IMG/VR virus record: IMGVR_UViG_3300022562_001605
Location: 11,278-75,277 of that record
DNA: 64,000 bases
From: a virus
Taxonomy: Duplodnaviria > Caudoviricetes
Direction: 5' to 3' (one strand)
Shown here: positions 1 to 9,487 of the stretch, piece after piece
Layout: each line of letters starts with the position of its first letter
How positions within the stretch are numbered: the first letter of the stretch is position 1
Program-made: the position numbers and the translations under genes
Notes under the pieces: model-generated
Told to the model about the DNA's origin: nothing
The model's input: the letters and a program-made list of their open reading frames with translations, nothing else
Databases searched by the model: none

Positions 1-270
1 GTTGAAGAAGATGTTAATCCAGAAGCCCCAGATGTCCGGCTGCCAACAATTAAAACTACAATAACGATTAATTCTAATTTATATGAATTTGACATTGGGC
101 AAGTATTATATTATGAGGAAATAGCGGAATTATTAAATCAAAAAGAACCAATTATCACAGTAACCATGCCTGATGGTTCTTATGAAATGCTTGATTCTGG
201 TGAATATGTTATAGTATCCCCTACAATGTATATCGATTCTTCTGATATAACTTCTACTGATAAACAATAA
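1..270 (+). CDS. 3' end of a gene starting before the window (acidic, possibly virion/baseplate protein)
   Basis: Frame 1 open from base 1 (VEEDVNPEAPDVRLP...) to TAA at 268-270. Confidence 0.6.
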   Translation, partial: VEEDVNPEAPDVRLPTIKTTITINSNLYEFDIGQVLYYEEIAELLNQKEPIITVTMPDGSYEMLDSGEYVIVSPTMYIDSSDITSTDKQ

Positions 271-273
271 AAG

Positions 274-302
274 TTGACATTAGTAACGAATTTTGTTAAA
301 AT
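274..302 (+). promoter_or_regulatory. sigma70-type early promoter
   Basis: TTGACA-17 nt-TAAAAT directly upstream of the + strand small-ORF run. Confidence 0.75.
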
Positions 303-349
303 TTTTTAAATTAGGTTTATTGAAAGTAAATACGATATAACTATCCTTC

Positions 350-532
350 GTGGAGCTTTTGATGAAACCAGACGATTTTGTAGTTGCCCAACATAGACCA
401 ACATGGGGGCACTGTTTAGCTTGTAATAATTGGTCATATTTTCTTGATACACATAAACAAATATGCCCAAAATGTAATGAAAAGCTAGAGGCGGAAACCT
501 TACAAAATATCAAACCGAAAAACGTGTTTTAG
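350..532 (+). CDS. small Zn-ribbon protein
   Basis: CLAC...CPKC; GGAG RBS. Confidence 0.6.
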   Translation: MELLMKPDDFVVAQHRPTWGHCLACNNWSYFLDTHKQICPKCNEKLEAETLQNIKPKNVF

Positions 533-539
533 GTGAAAA

Positions 540-773
540 ATGAATCAAAAGAATTACTTCCTTATATCCCATAGGGGTAAAATTATGGGTATTTTGGAAC
601 AAAAGCAGGAAAATGATAGTATAGGCGCTGAAGCCATGGAAATAGCATGGTCAAATGGCATCAAGCTTAAACAAATCCCATTTAGAGATATAGAAATCTA
701 TTCAGGATATAGACGGGTGTATGCTTGTGATTTTACTGAATTTCTTGAAGACAATAACATATTACCTTGGTAA
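540..773 (+). CDS. hypothetical protein
   Basis: ORF tightly packed in operon. Confidence 0.55.
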   Translation: MNQKNYFLISHRGKIMGILEQKQENDSIGAEAMEIAWSNGIKLKQIPFRDIEIYSGYRRVYACDFTEFLEDNNILPW

Positions 774-780
774 TTAGACT

Positions 781-1566
781 ATGGTTGACTTCCATATCGT
801 AATCCCTTCGCGTTATAATAGTACACGGTTCCCGGGTAAACCGTTAGAATTAATTAATGGCATACCAATGATTAAACGTGTATATGACATAGCTTGTCAA
901 ACACCAGCAAAAACCATCACTATTGCTACAGATAGTGCGCTTATAGAAAGTACATGTAAGGGGTTTGGTGCAGATGTAATGTTCGTTGAAGAATATTGTC
1001 ATACTGGTACGGATCGTTTGGCGCAAATCGCAGATCGGATTGGTTGGGAAGACAATGAAATTGTTGTCAATTTACAAGGTGATGAACCACTCATGCCACC
1101 ATCTTTGTTAGTACAAGTAGCAGAAGAACTCGATTATTTTCAAGGTATTGATTGTGACATAGCCACATTATTTACCTATTGTACAGAATTTAACAATCCA
1201 AATAATGTCAAGGTCGTTTCAGATGAATATGGTATTGCTATGTATTTTAGTAGACATGATATACCACACAATGCTACTAGCCTTAAACGTCATATTGGGG
1301 TATATGCTTATCGTGCAAGATTTTTAAAGAGTTTTGCCGCTATGCGTGAATGTGGTGTTGAACGTGCAGAACACTTGGAACAGTTGCGTGCAATTTACCA
1401 TGGTGCTAAAATACGGGTAGAAGAAGCATTGGAAATACCAGGTCCAGATGTTAACGTTCCCGAAGATATAGTTAAGATAGAAGAAATTTTAAATCAGATA
1501 GAATTGCTAAAGCAAGAAGAATTAGCGAAACAAGATACTTTAACCGAAGAAGGTGAAACGTCATGA
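781..1566 (+). CDS. kdsB: 3-deoxy-manno-octulosonate cytidylyltransferase (CMP-Kdo synthetase)
   Basis: IPSRYNSTRFPGKPL, TGTDRL, VNLQGDEP, PNNVKVV, AMYFSR, RHIGVYAYR, EHLEQLR motifs. Confidence 0.92.
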   Translation: MVDFHIVIPSRYNSTRFPGKPLELINGIPMIKRVYDIACQTPAKTITIATDSALIESTCKGFGADVMFVEEYCHTGTDRLAQIADRIGWEDNEIVVNLQGDEPLMPPSLLVQVAEELDYFQGIDCDIATLFTYCTEFNNPNNVKVVSDEYGIAMYFSRHDIPHNATSLKRHIGVYAYRARFLKSFAAMRECGVERAEHLEQLRAIYHGAKIRVEEALEIPGPDVNVPEDIVKIEEILNQIELLKQEELAKQDTLTEEGETS

Positions 1567-2015
1567 AGATTATAGGATTTACACTTAACGTAGCTGTAAT
1601 ATCTACTACCATTTTTATTTGTAACATGCCGCAAGCTGATGCCGATCCGCAAATGGTACACGCGTATGAATTATCAAAATATGTTGACAAAATGACATCA
1701 GAATTTAAAAAAGAGCGAATTGCGGCGCTTTCAGAAGACATTAAAGCACTTGATAGGCAATTAACAATCCAGCATGATATTAAAAATATTGAATCTGGAA
1801 TCGCGGCGGCAGTTACTAATCATGACGTGAAATTAAAACCATATATTGTAATGCAGTTTTTTGATTATAATAATGATATTCGCGACGATGGTTGGGTAGA
1901 AGTTGATCGATTTGCATCTATTGAAGAGGCGCGTGCAGTTCGCGATAATATTGTGCGCAAATTACGAAGCGTTGGTAGTGATGAAGCCGTCACCATTCAT
2001 GTAGAGGTGTTGTAA
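1563..2015 (+). CDS. hypothetical protein with N-terminal signal peptide
   Basis: hydrophobic N-terminus, ADA cleavage-like site; ATGA overlap with kdsB. Confidence 0.6.
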   Translation: MKIIGFTLNVAVISTTIFICNMPQADADPQMVHAYELSKYVDKMTSEFKKERIAALSEDIKALDRQLTIQHDIKNIESGIAAAVTNHDVKLKPYIVMQFFDYNNDIRDDGWVEVDRFASIEEARAVRDNIVRKLRSVGSDEAVTIHVEVL

Positions 2016-2233
2016 TGTTTAAAAGTGTACTGGCGTATAAAGTTCTTACGGGAGTCTGCGCTGTTGGTGCAATTTTTCTTACGTTTCTCACCTTTGAACT
2101 TTTAAAAATTGAAAAAAATCCCACTGCACTATTTAGCAGCTTTGGAATTTTTCTATGTATTATAGGTTCTGGTTATTTTGCTGGAATGGCTACTTGCAGT
2201 GAAAAAGGTATTTTTGATATTGAAGAAAAGTGA
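2015..2233 (+). CDS. small two-TM membrane protein
   Basis: two hydrophobic segments; TAATG coupling. Confidence 0.6.
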   Translation: MFKSVLAYKVLTGVCAVGAIFLTFLTFELLKIEKNPTALFSSFGIFLCIIGSGYFAGMATCSEKGIFDIEEK

Positions 2234-2577
2234 ATAAAATGGTTGATTTCTTTATAGCATTTGCGTTATCATATGGTATACCTGAAACTTGGAACCTTAT
2301 AAACAGATTTTATGGGTGGAAAAATGATCCTAATAGGGTTCGGGTTACACATGATTGCATCGACGAAGATGAAATTTTCAGTTATTTAAAGACGCATAAG
2401 GATGATATAGAAAAGATAATAGGTGATATTACTAAGGAAACGATTTTTGATGTAAAACAAGTTAAAAAAGAAATTGAAGAAATACAAAAAACTTTTAAAA
2501 CGAACAAAAAAGACAAACAAAAAAAGAAAGGAAGAATACAAATAAGTTTCGGCGGTAAGAACAATAAACAATATTAA
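2230..2577 (+). CDS. hypothetical protein, Lys-rich C-terminus
   Basis: GTGA overlap, operon context. Confidence 0.55.
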   Translation: MNKMVDFFIAFALSYGIPETWNLINRFYGWKNDPNRVRVTHDCIDEDEIFSYLKTHKDDIEKIIGDITKETIFDVKQVKKEIEEIQKTFKTNKKDKQKKKGRIQISFGGKNNKQY

Positions 2578-2591
2578 AAAGAAGGTAATAA

Positions 2592-2927
2592 ATGAATGAT
2601 TATATTTTAGGTATTGATATACCACATAGTAAAATTACAGATTCTGAATTCAACACCAAAACAGTATCAGACTTGACCGGCGCTCCAGGATTTAAAACAC
2701 TTTATGTAGAATATTGTGATCCTAACGATTTATCGTCAACGCTTTTTAATTTTGATCGCGCAAGGGCACAAAAATTTTTCACTGTTGCTAAAGCTAAAAT
2801 GCTTTGTAATAAATTAAACAATAGTGAAGATTTACACGATTGGAAGTCTTATCGTGGTGTTACTTCTAATCTGTGTGTTAAACCAATTCCTGCGCATTAT
2901 GTCGTTGGAAATCATATAAAGATATGA
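2592..2927 (+). CDS. hypothetical protein
   Basis: GAAGG RBS, operon context. Confidence 0.6.
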   Translation: MNDYILGIDIPHSKITDSEFNTKTVSDLTGAPGFKTLYVEYCDPNDLSSTLFNFDRARAQKFFTVAKAKMLCNKLNNSEDLHDWKSYRGVTSNLCVKPIPAHYVVGNHIKI

Positions 2928-3151
2928 TAGAAGGAATATTCGCATTTCTTATAATGGGAATCTTTCCTATTTTAGTTCGCATTCTTTTTATAGAACCAAT
3001 GAATGAAAAGCAAGCGTATCATGAACGTCGGGTTGAAGAAATTGAAGAAGCGCGAATAAAATTACAACTAAAATATGATAAAATATTAAAAGAAAACAAT
3101 GATCGTTATAATAGGTTGCAGAAAGATTTGAGGAAAAAGTATGGTGGATAA
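2924..3151 (+). CDS. membrane-anchored coiled-coil protein
   Basis: N-terminal TM then heptad-like charged helix. Confidence 0.55.
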   Translation: MIEGIFAFLIMGIFPILVRILFIEPMNEKQAYHERRVEEIEEARIKLQLKYDKILKENNDRYNRLQKDLRKKYGG

Positions 3152-3443
3152 ACAAAAAAAGCGGCGAATGACGCTTAAACAAAAACGCGAATTAATGGAT
3201 TTGCTTATTGATTTTGATAAACAACAGCAAAAGATTATACAATCTTACGAACGTTTAGAGCGTCGGGAAAATAAACTTGAAAAAAGACGCAATGAAATAG
3301 CCGCGCAACTCGCAGACGGGTTAAAAATAAACAGTATTTCCAATCCAATAGTCTATAAAGGAAGGGCATTTAATTTTAAAGATTGTGGTTGGGGCGCGAA
3401 CAGGGAATATAGCGTGACTATTAAACAGGTTAAAAAGCTATGA
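3141..3443 (+). CDS. hypothetical coiled-coil protein
   Basis: GAGG RBS, operon context. Confidence 0.55.
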   Translation: MVDKQKKRRMTLKQKRELMDLLIDFDKQQQKIIQSYERLERRENKLEKRRNEIAAQLADGLKINSISNPIVYKGRAFNFKDCGWGANREYSVTIKQVKKL

Positions 3444-3479
3444 ACATCAACTCATACGCAAATATTATATGGTGAACTA

Positions 3480-3656
3480 ATGACTACACTTGAAAAAATA
3501 TTAATCGTTGTTGTAATTGTGTTATCATTGGCTTTGTGTGGAATGGGTTATTATGTACACACAGTTAATAGTACTATCAGTACTACAAAACAGGTAATAA
3601 TTGATTCCGGTAAAGGAATTAAAAACATTATAAAGAAATTTCGGGAGGATGATTGA
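3480..3656 (+). CDS. small membrane protein (58 aa, below ORF-track cutoff)
   Basis: MTTLEKILIVVVIVLSLALCGMGYY...FREDD*, fills gap in operon. Confidence 0.55.
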   Translation: MTTLEKILIVVVIVLSLALCGMGYYVHTVNSTISTTKQVIIDSGKGIKNIIKKFREDD

Positions 3657-3657
3657 T

Positions 3658-3873
3658 ATGGGTTGGTGTAGTGGGACAGAAGTTTTTGATGCGGTGGCAG
3701 AAGCCGTTCTTGAAGAAGGTGAAATGGATGCAAAAGAAATCCTAATGATTGTTGCAGAAGTTTTACGCAATAACGATTGGGATTGTGAAAACGACAGCTA
3801 TTATTGGGATCATCCTGTAGTACAAGAAATTTTTCACGAATTAGAACCAGAGTGGTTTGAAGACGATGAATAA
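3658..3873 (+). CDS. hypothetical phage protein
   Basis: MGWCSG...DWDCE; GGAGG RBS supports ATG 3658. Confidence 0.6.
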   Translation: MGWCSGTEVFDAVAEAVLEEGEMDAKEILMIVAEVLRNNDWDCENDSYYWDHPVVQEIFHELEPEWFEDDE

Positions 3874-4519
3874 AGACAAAGCCTTAAGGCACTTGTTAAA
3901 CAAATTAAATAAAGTAACGGCGTATCATCGTCATGGTAATCCTGTTCCAGATCATATAATGGATGATCTGGCAAATGCGCAACTTGACTACGAACAAGCC
4001 GAAGAATCCACATATGGAAAAATATCCATAGAAGCTGCTAAAGAAGTTTCAGAAAAATATGGACTTGATCAAGTTATTTTACTATGCCGTCATTTAGATT
4101 CAGATACCGTACATCATGTAACATATGGTAAAACTTATGAAGATTGTGGTATGGCGGCGATAGATGGTAAAAAAATCGCAGCCATGTTAAACGCTTGTCC
4201 TACTTCATTGGAAGATGCTGTTGCTGCTGCTAAAAAAGTAAGGCCGAATGATATAACAGGCAAACCCAATTCTAATGGACGTGATGTAAACTTTATAATT
4301 TTGGAAGATGAAGCGGATCATATAACTATCGAAGATATAGGCCCGTGGAACATTTATCTATCTGTAACCAATGGGGTAGAACAGGTTATTGCAGAATTAG
4401 CATATCATAATGCCTTGGGTAATCGTCGGCTTCTTTATGTAGACAGTGAAGGTAGATTAGATGAAATCCTTCATGAAGATGGCAAATTTGTTGGTTTTAA
4501 ACCATTACCACAAGTATAA
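3857..4519 (+). CDS. hypothetical phage protein
   Basis: long ORF in operon; C-terminal SVTNGVEQV...D.EG..DE segment. Confidence 0.6.
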   Translation: MKTMNKDKALRHLLNKLNKVTAYHRHGNPVPDHIMDDLANAQLDYEQAEESTYGKISIEAAKEVSEKYGLDQVILLCRHLDSDTVHHVTYGKTYEDCGMAAIDGKKIAAMLNACPTSLEDAVAAAKKVRPNDITGKPNSNGRDVNFIILEDEADHITIEDIGPWNIYLSVTNGVEQVIAELAYHNALGNRRLLYVDSEGRLDEILHEDGKFVGFKPLPQV

Positions 4520-4528
4520 GGCAATATT

Positions 4529-4885
4529 ATGGGATACATAAGACATCATGCAATTGTAGTAACTACTTGGGAAAGAAAGCTTCTACAAGCAGCACACGAG
4601 AAAGCCTCGGAAATATTTGAATGGGTTTCACCAATATCGGAAGGTGGTATAAATGGTTATGCCTCTTTTTTTATTCCACCAGATGGGAGCAAAGAAGGTT
4701 GGGGAGAATCATTCGCGGGGGACGAACGTCGTCAAACATTTATGAATTGGTGCGACCAACAAGCATACGACGATGGTTCTAGCTCTTTAGATTTTGTTGA
4801 AGTATATTATGGTGATGATTATAATATGGTAGGCGTTTCACGCGCAAATGCTGGTAGCGATTATGGGAATAAAAAAAATGACTAA
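4529..4885 (+). CDS. hypothetical phage protein
   Basis: HHAIVVT...PPDGSKEGW. Confidence 0.6.
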   Translation: MGYIRHHAIVVTTWERKLLQAAHEKASEIFEWVSPISEGGINGYASFFIPPDGSKEGWGESFAGDERRQTFMNWCDQQAYDDGSSSLDFVEVYYGDDYNMVGVSRANAGSDYGNKKND

Positions 4886-5081
4886 AGTAATTATCGAAGA
4901 TATGGCAACTGATCTTTCTATTGAAGATTCTGGCCATGCGAGAATACTTAGATTAGATGGCGAAGAAGATAGTAACATTTTTGTTCGTCTTCAATCATGG
5001 GATGAAGAATGTACCCACGAAGAATTAATGCAATTCTATAATAAGAAAGTTCGCATAACAATCGAAACAGTGGATGAATAA
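4878..5081 (+). CDS. hypothetical protein
   Basis: ORF in operon, start adjusted to ATG 4878. Confidence 0.55.
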   Translation: MTKVIIEDMATDLSIEDSGHARILRLDGEEDSNIFVRLQSWDEECTHEELMQFYNKKVRITIETVDE

Positions 5082-5479
5082 TGGGAAGGAAACTTGAAGA
5101 TTATGATGAAATAAAAGAAGGAATGAAACTTCGTTGTATTTCAGAAAATTATACTGGTGATGTTATTATGGAAAATGGCGTCTTAAAAACCAACTGTTGT
5201 GGTTGGGGGTATGAACCAATTTTCGTTATCGATATAGACGATATTGAAGTTATTAAAGAAAGTGATAAAATGCATTTACAATCTGCGGTGGAAATATATT
5301 ATCATTGTTATAAAGAAGCTGGCAAATGCACCGAACTCCTTTTATCCAATCCAATAGATCCTAAACCAGCTGAAATAATGTGGGCTTTAGAAAATGCAAG
5401 GGTAAATATGTTTGAGTTGGCAGGCATCGACGTTACAGAAGAACGAAATGCAATTGAAGAAGCCGAAAAAAATTCGTAA
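5081..5479 (+). CDS. hypothetical protein
   Basis: TAATG coupling. Confidence 0.55.
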   Translation: MGRKLEDYDEIKEGMKLRCISENYTGDVIMENGVLKTNCCGWGYEPIFVIDIDDIEVIKESDKMHLQSAVEIYYHCYKEAGKCTELLLSNPIDPKPAEIMWALENARVNMFELAGIDVTEERNAIEEAEKNS

Positions 5480-5504
5480 AAAGAAAAACAACAAGGAGGT
5501 TGTG

Positions 5505-5702
5505 ATGGATGAAAGATGGATCTACTTTGTAGAAATTAACGATTATGAATCGTCTTGGTACACAAGTATTTGGGATGATAAAGAAACCGCGCAAAAGGCG
5601 TATAATGAATATGAACTTATAAAAAATAATCACGAGATTGCGAAACGTTGGGGCAAACGATTGTTGAATACTACAGAATTCATTGGTGAATATTTCGAAT
5701 AA
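5505..5702 (+). CDS. hypothetical protein
   Basis: AAGGAGG RBS before ATG 5505. Confidence 0.55.
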   Translation: MDERWIYFVEINDYESSWYTSIWDDKETAQKAYNEYELIKNNHEIAKRWGKRLLNTTEFIGEYFE

Positions 5703-5711
5703 AGGTGATTT

Positions 5712-5987
5712 ATGTCTATGTTTAAAGATATGGTAAGTACTAAAGAAGGAAAAACTATTGTCGGTTTTATTGGATTCATTACATTAAGTATACTTCTTGG
5801 CGTCGGTTGGATTATGTTTGATATTTCACGCAATGGTGGATTTGATGTGGTAGTCGCAAAATATAATAAACGAATGGAACTCCTAAATCATCAATGTGAT
5901 GCGATTGATGACGCATACCCGTTGGGTGAAAGTATTAACAAATCTAACACCGTTTATAATTGTAATGGTAAAATTTTTACGAAATAA
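5712..5987 (+). CDS. single-TM membrane protein
   Basis: IVGFIGFITLSILLGVGWIMF. Confidence 0.6.
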   Translation: MSMFKDMVSTKEGKTIVGFIGFITLSILLGVGWIMFDISRNGGFDVVVAKYNKRMELLNHQCDAIDDAYPLGESINKSNTVYNCNGKIFTK

Positions 5988-5989
5988 TT

Positions 5990-6280
5990 ATGACCGATAT
6001 TATCAAAAATGCGCCAAGTTTAAGTTTTAAAAATAGTGATAAAATCACAGATGAAATAGATTGTGGTTGCTACTTTTGTATGAACACGTTCAAAGGTGTA
6101 GAAATAGAAGATTGGGCGGACGGTGGTCAAACTGCGCTTTGTCCGCATTGTCATGTAGATTCGGTTATACCAAACGAAACTAATGAAAATATTTTAGCGC
6201 GTGCAGCTGAACGTTGGTTCTGTGCAGCATCTGAAGATGATACCGAACATTGGTATAATAAAACAGAAGGTGAGGAATAA
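5990..6280 (+). CDS. Zn-finger protein
   Basis: CGCYFC...TALCPHCHVDSVIP. Confidence 0.7.
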   Translation: MTDIIKNAPSLSFKNSDKITDEIDCGCYFCMNTFKGVEIEDWADGGQTALCPHCHVDSVIPNETNENILARAAERWFCAASEDDTEHWYNKTEGEE

Positions 6281-6283
6281 ATT

Positions 6284-6607
6284 ATGATTGACGCAGAAAT
6301 ATTTAAAAAACAGATAATGGAAAGTAAAATACTCGGATATGCAACGGATGAACTTCTTGAAATGATAGAAGAAATGGTTAAGCAAGAAAGTGCAAGTAAA
6401 AAAATATCTTGGGGACAAAGCGATGCAGTTAATGATTCAATGATGGATTATGCTTTAGAAGCCTTTGAAAGTGCCGTTATCGAAAAAATAATAAATTCAA
6501 CTACACATTCTTCTGACGCAAAGGTAGTGCTTGCCACAACTAAACAAAATTGTGGTTGTTTATTTAACCAATTTAAAAATCAGCTTAAAGCGGATATGAT
6601 GACATGA
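6284..6607 (+). CDS. hypothetical protein
   Basis: GAGG RBS, operon context. Confidence 0.55.
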   Translation: MIDAEIFKKQIMESKILGYATDELLEMIEEMVKQESASKKISWGQSDAVNDSMMDYALEAFESAVIEKIINSTTHSSDAKVVLATTKQNCGCLFNQFKNQLKADMMT

Positions 6608-6939
6608 CAGCAAAAAAGATTACTCCAAAAGAAGAAATTTTAGAAGTACTTGGTGTTGTAAGAGATTTTTTCTTTTATTGTTTGGATTTTAATAAAAAAG
6701 AATCCGATGAACCACCAAAAAAAGATCCTTTGGAAGGGAAACTTTTTAAAAGTATAGAGGATGACAAACTTTATGAATATCTCTTTTCTGCTACGTGCAG
6801 GGATAATGTAAAAAATGAACTTATTGTTATCTATAAAGATATAGAAGATCAAAAAAAGTATTGTAGCCAGTGGAACTATTTCTTTTCATCAACCAAAAAA
6901 GATGGCAAAGATGTGGCACGTTTTCAGGAACAGGTTTAA
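6604..6939 (+). CDS. protein with DUF1653-like SH3-type C-terminal domain
   Basis: KLYEYLFSAT...ELIVIYKD...WNYFFS...ARF resembles DUF1653 pattern. Confidence 0.45.
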   Translation: MTAKKITPKEEILEVLGVVRDFFFYCLDFNKKESDEPPKKDPLEGKLFKSIEDDKLYEYLFSATCRDNVKNELIVIYKDIEDQKKYCSQWNYFFSSTKKDGKDVARFQEQV

Positions 6940-7145
6940 TGTATTACAATACCAACATCACAAAGCATAAATGTCTTGAAGTTATTTTACTTGAACGAGC
7001 ATGGAATTGTATTTTTGATATTGGTATTGAACTTACTTATGGTAACAAACATGACTATGCGGGACTTTATTCATATTTTATTATTTTTGGATTTAAAATA
7101 ATAGAGTTTAATTTATATAATGTAAACTATTCAGGTGAAAAATAA
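6939..7145 (+). CDS. hypothetical protein
   Basis: TAATG coupling at 6939. Confidence 0.5.
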   Translation: MYYNTNITKHKCLEVILLERAWNCIFDIGIELTYGNKHDYAGLYSYFIIFGFKIIEFNLYNVNYSGEK

Positions 7146-7519
7146 TGGAAACTTTACACGAAAGTGCAAATAAACACGAAGCAGATATGGTAGAATTACC
7201 ACAGGTAAATCACGAAGACAGGTTTGCACGTATTGTTGCGGCAGAAATTGCAGGTGCCCTTAAAGTTAATTTCGCAGACCGTGATATTGTAGTTAAACTA
7301 TTAACTACAGAATTAGAACGCGTATTGTCTAAACGCAACGGGCTATTAGAACAATATTTACATACACAATTAGATCGAATTGGTGATACTTTACGCCGCA
7401 GATTTGATCTCGATAATAGCGTAAAGGTAAATTATAATTATGCTACACATGCAAAATTAGAAAACTTTATCGAGGCTATCCAAAATAAAACTAGTAGCGA
7501 TTTTAATGGAAACATATAA
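7145..7519 (+). CDS. hypothetical protein
   Basis: TAATG coupling. Confidence 0.55.
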   Translation: METLHESANKHEADMVELPQVNHEDRFARIVAAEIAGALKVNFADRDIVVKLLTTELERVLSKRNGLLEQYLHTQLDRIGDTLRRRFDLDNSVKVNYNYATHAKLENFIEAIQNKTSSDFNGNI

Positions 7520-7549
7520 TGAATGAAAACATTTCGATTATGTTAAAAA

Positions 7550-8170
7550 ATGATGAATGAAAAAGTAAAACAATTCTTAAAAACAACACAAGAAGAAATG
7601 TCAGCAGCAGGTGTAAGGATGCTAATGGAGAAAGACAAGTCTCACGTATTAGCAGACGGAATCGAATGTAATGGATATTTTGATGATTCGCCGCTAGAAT
7701 TTGCAGTAGGTATGGATAAACCATTTGGACAATGGTTTTCTGTTTACGTACATGAATATTGTCATTTTACACAATTGCGTGATAAAAGTTCAGTATGGGC
7801 GGCGTCACATGTAAAGGGCGACGAAAAATTTTGGGAAATGTGGTTTGATAAAAAACAACCGTATCCACAAGAAGTGATTGATAGATATGTTTTACCTCTT
7901 TTAGAAGTTGAAGCGGATTGCGAACGTCGCGCATTGAAAATACATAGGGAGAATCCCGAATTTGGCATTGACCCAGATGTATATGCACAAAAAGCGAACT
8001 CCTATATTCACTTTTATAATTATGTTCGTTTATTTCGTAAATGGTATACACCGCACAAAGAACCTTATAATATTAAAGAGGTTTGGACACAATTTAATAT
8101 AGACATTGATGATGATTTTGAAGTATCGTATGAATATATTGATTTGTATAAAAAATATTGCATAGATTAG
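7550..8170 (+). CDS. putative Zn metallopeptidase
   Basis: VHEYCH (HExxH) followed by LEVEADC third-ligand-like Glu. Confidence 0.6.
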   Translation: MMNEKVKQFLKTTQEEMSAAGVRMLMEKDKSHVLADGIECNGYFDDSPLEFAVGMDKPFGQWFSVYVHEYCHFTQLRDKSSVWAASHVKGDEKFWEMWFDKKQPYPQEVIDRYVLPLLEVEADCERRALKIHRENPEFGIDPDVYAQKANSYIHFYNYVRLFRKWYTPHKEPYNIKEVWTQFNIDIDDDFEVSYEYIDLYKKYCID

Positions 8171-8182
8171 AGGTATATAAAA

Positions 8183-8398
8183 ATGAAATTAATTTTAAGT
8201 CCTAAAGATAATTTAGGTAAAATGATATTAGATGGCGTAGCAGCATTCGCATTAGAAGGTGACACACTTCTTGTTGTTTTTGAAAATGGAAGAACACGAA
8301 ACTATCCACTTATCCATTTGTGGTATTATGAAAGTCATGTTGATTACCACAAAACTGCACCATTAGTTCAATCAGATGAAATTCTAGTAGAAGGTTAA
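8183..8398 (+). CDS. hypothetical protein
   Basis: GAGG RBS. Confidence 0.55.
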   Translation: MKLILSPKDNLGKMILDGVAAFALEGDTLLVVFENGRTRNYPLIHLWYYESHVDYHKTAPLVQSDEILVEG

Positions 8399-8402
8399 TC
8401 AT

Positions 8403-9011
8403 ATGTCTAATAAAAAAGATACAGGAGTTACTCCGGCAGCATTGTTGGCAGCACTTATGGGCGACTTAGGAAATGCGGCTGTGGCTATGCGACCTGGTGG
8501 GATTGAAGCGCAAGAGGCACAGGGTCAAAAAGACTTTGTGGCGTCGGAAACGTTACCGCGCTTATGTCCACGGGCAGAACTAGAACATCTCGGTTTCGTT
8601 TTCGGTCAAGACGCAGATGAAACTTTTGTTTATGTTACTTTTCCCGAAGGATGGAAAAAGGTACCAACCGATCATTCTATGTGGTCAGATTTATTAGATG
8701 ATAAAGATCGTAAACGTGCTGCAATATTTTTCAAGGCAGCATTCTACGATTATCATGCGGAAATGGATTTGACCCCTCGCTTTTCTTATAGTAGAGTTTA
8801 TGACAACCACGATGAATATATTAAGGGTCAGATTCAATGGTATGTCGCCGATGGGAATGATATCATTTTTAGAACTGATCCTTTAAAATTTGAAAAAGAA
8901 TACGATGAGGAATGGTTTAAATTGGATGGTAATGCAAGTAAGTTAGCACGGTCTTGGTTAGATAAAAATTATCCCGAATGGGAAAATCCTATGGCATATT
9001 GGGAGGATTGA
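8403..9011 (+). CDS. hypothetical phage protein
   Basis: PGGIEAQEAQGQ...PEGWKK..TDHSMWS...RAAIFFKAAFYD. Confidence 0.7.
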   Translation: MSNKKDTGVTPAALLAALMGDLGNAAVAMRPGGIEAQEAQGQKDFVASETLPRLCPRAELEHLGFVFGQDADETFVYVTFPEGWKKVPTDHSMWSDLLDDKDRKRAAIFFKAAFYDYHAEMDLTPRFSYSRVYDNHDEYIKGQIQWYVADGNDIIFRTDPLKFEKEYDEEWFKLDGNASKLARSWLDKNYPEWENPMAYWED

Positions 9012-9235
9012 TGACTGTTGTAAATAATGAACATGATACTAATATTCCCGGGTGTTTAACCTGTCATGTACCAATGACAGATATTATAAAAATGCATGAC
9101 TTATCCATGGAAGCATTGAAACCAAAAGTCACATTTACTGGTGACATGAAGGAAATGTCACAGGAAGCGTCAAATATAGCTTTGCGTAATTTACAGACTA
9201 TTGAAGAAATGCTAAGAAAGATATCAAATATTTAA
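9011..9235 (+). CDS. hypothetical protein
   Basis: GGAGG RBS and TGATG coupling. Confidence 0.5.
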   Translation: MTVVNNEHDTNIPGCLTCHVPMTDIIKMHDLSMEALKPKVTFTGDMKEMSQEASNIALRNLQTIEEMLRKISNI

Positions 9236-9486
9236 TTTACTTTTTTAGCATCTAATGATTTAAGTATTACTATTACCTGTGCATATATTTCTGGTGTTAG
9301 TACTTCTTCATTAATGCGCAGACATGGCTGACCATCAAGCAACACAGGAATTAATCCATTGTTATATTGAAGTCTTTTATCTTTACCAAATGTTGACGCT
9401 AACAAAGCAATTCGTTCTGCCCAGTTACTTGGGCGAACTTTCTTTCCAGCATTGGTAATGCCAGAATAAAATTCGTATTTTTCCAT
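9232..9486 (-). CDS. DUF3579-like protein
   Basis: GIT.AGKK.RPS.WAER...RLQY...P..LDG resembles DUF3579. Confidence 0.6.
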   Translation of the reverse strand: MEKYEFYSGITNAGKKVRPSNWAERIALLASTFGKDKRLQYNNGLIPVLLDGQPCLRINEEVLTPEIYAQVIVILKSLDAKKVN

Positions 9487-9487
9487 T

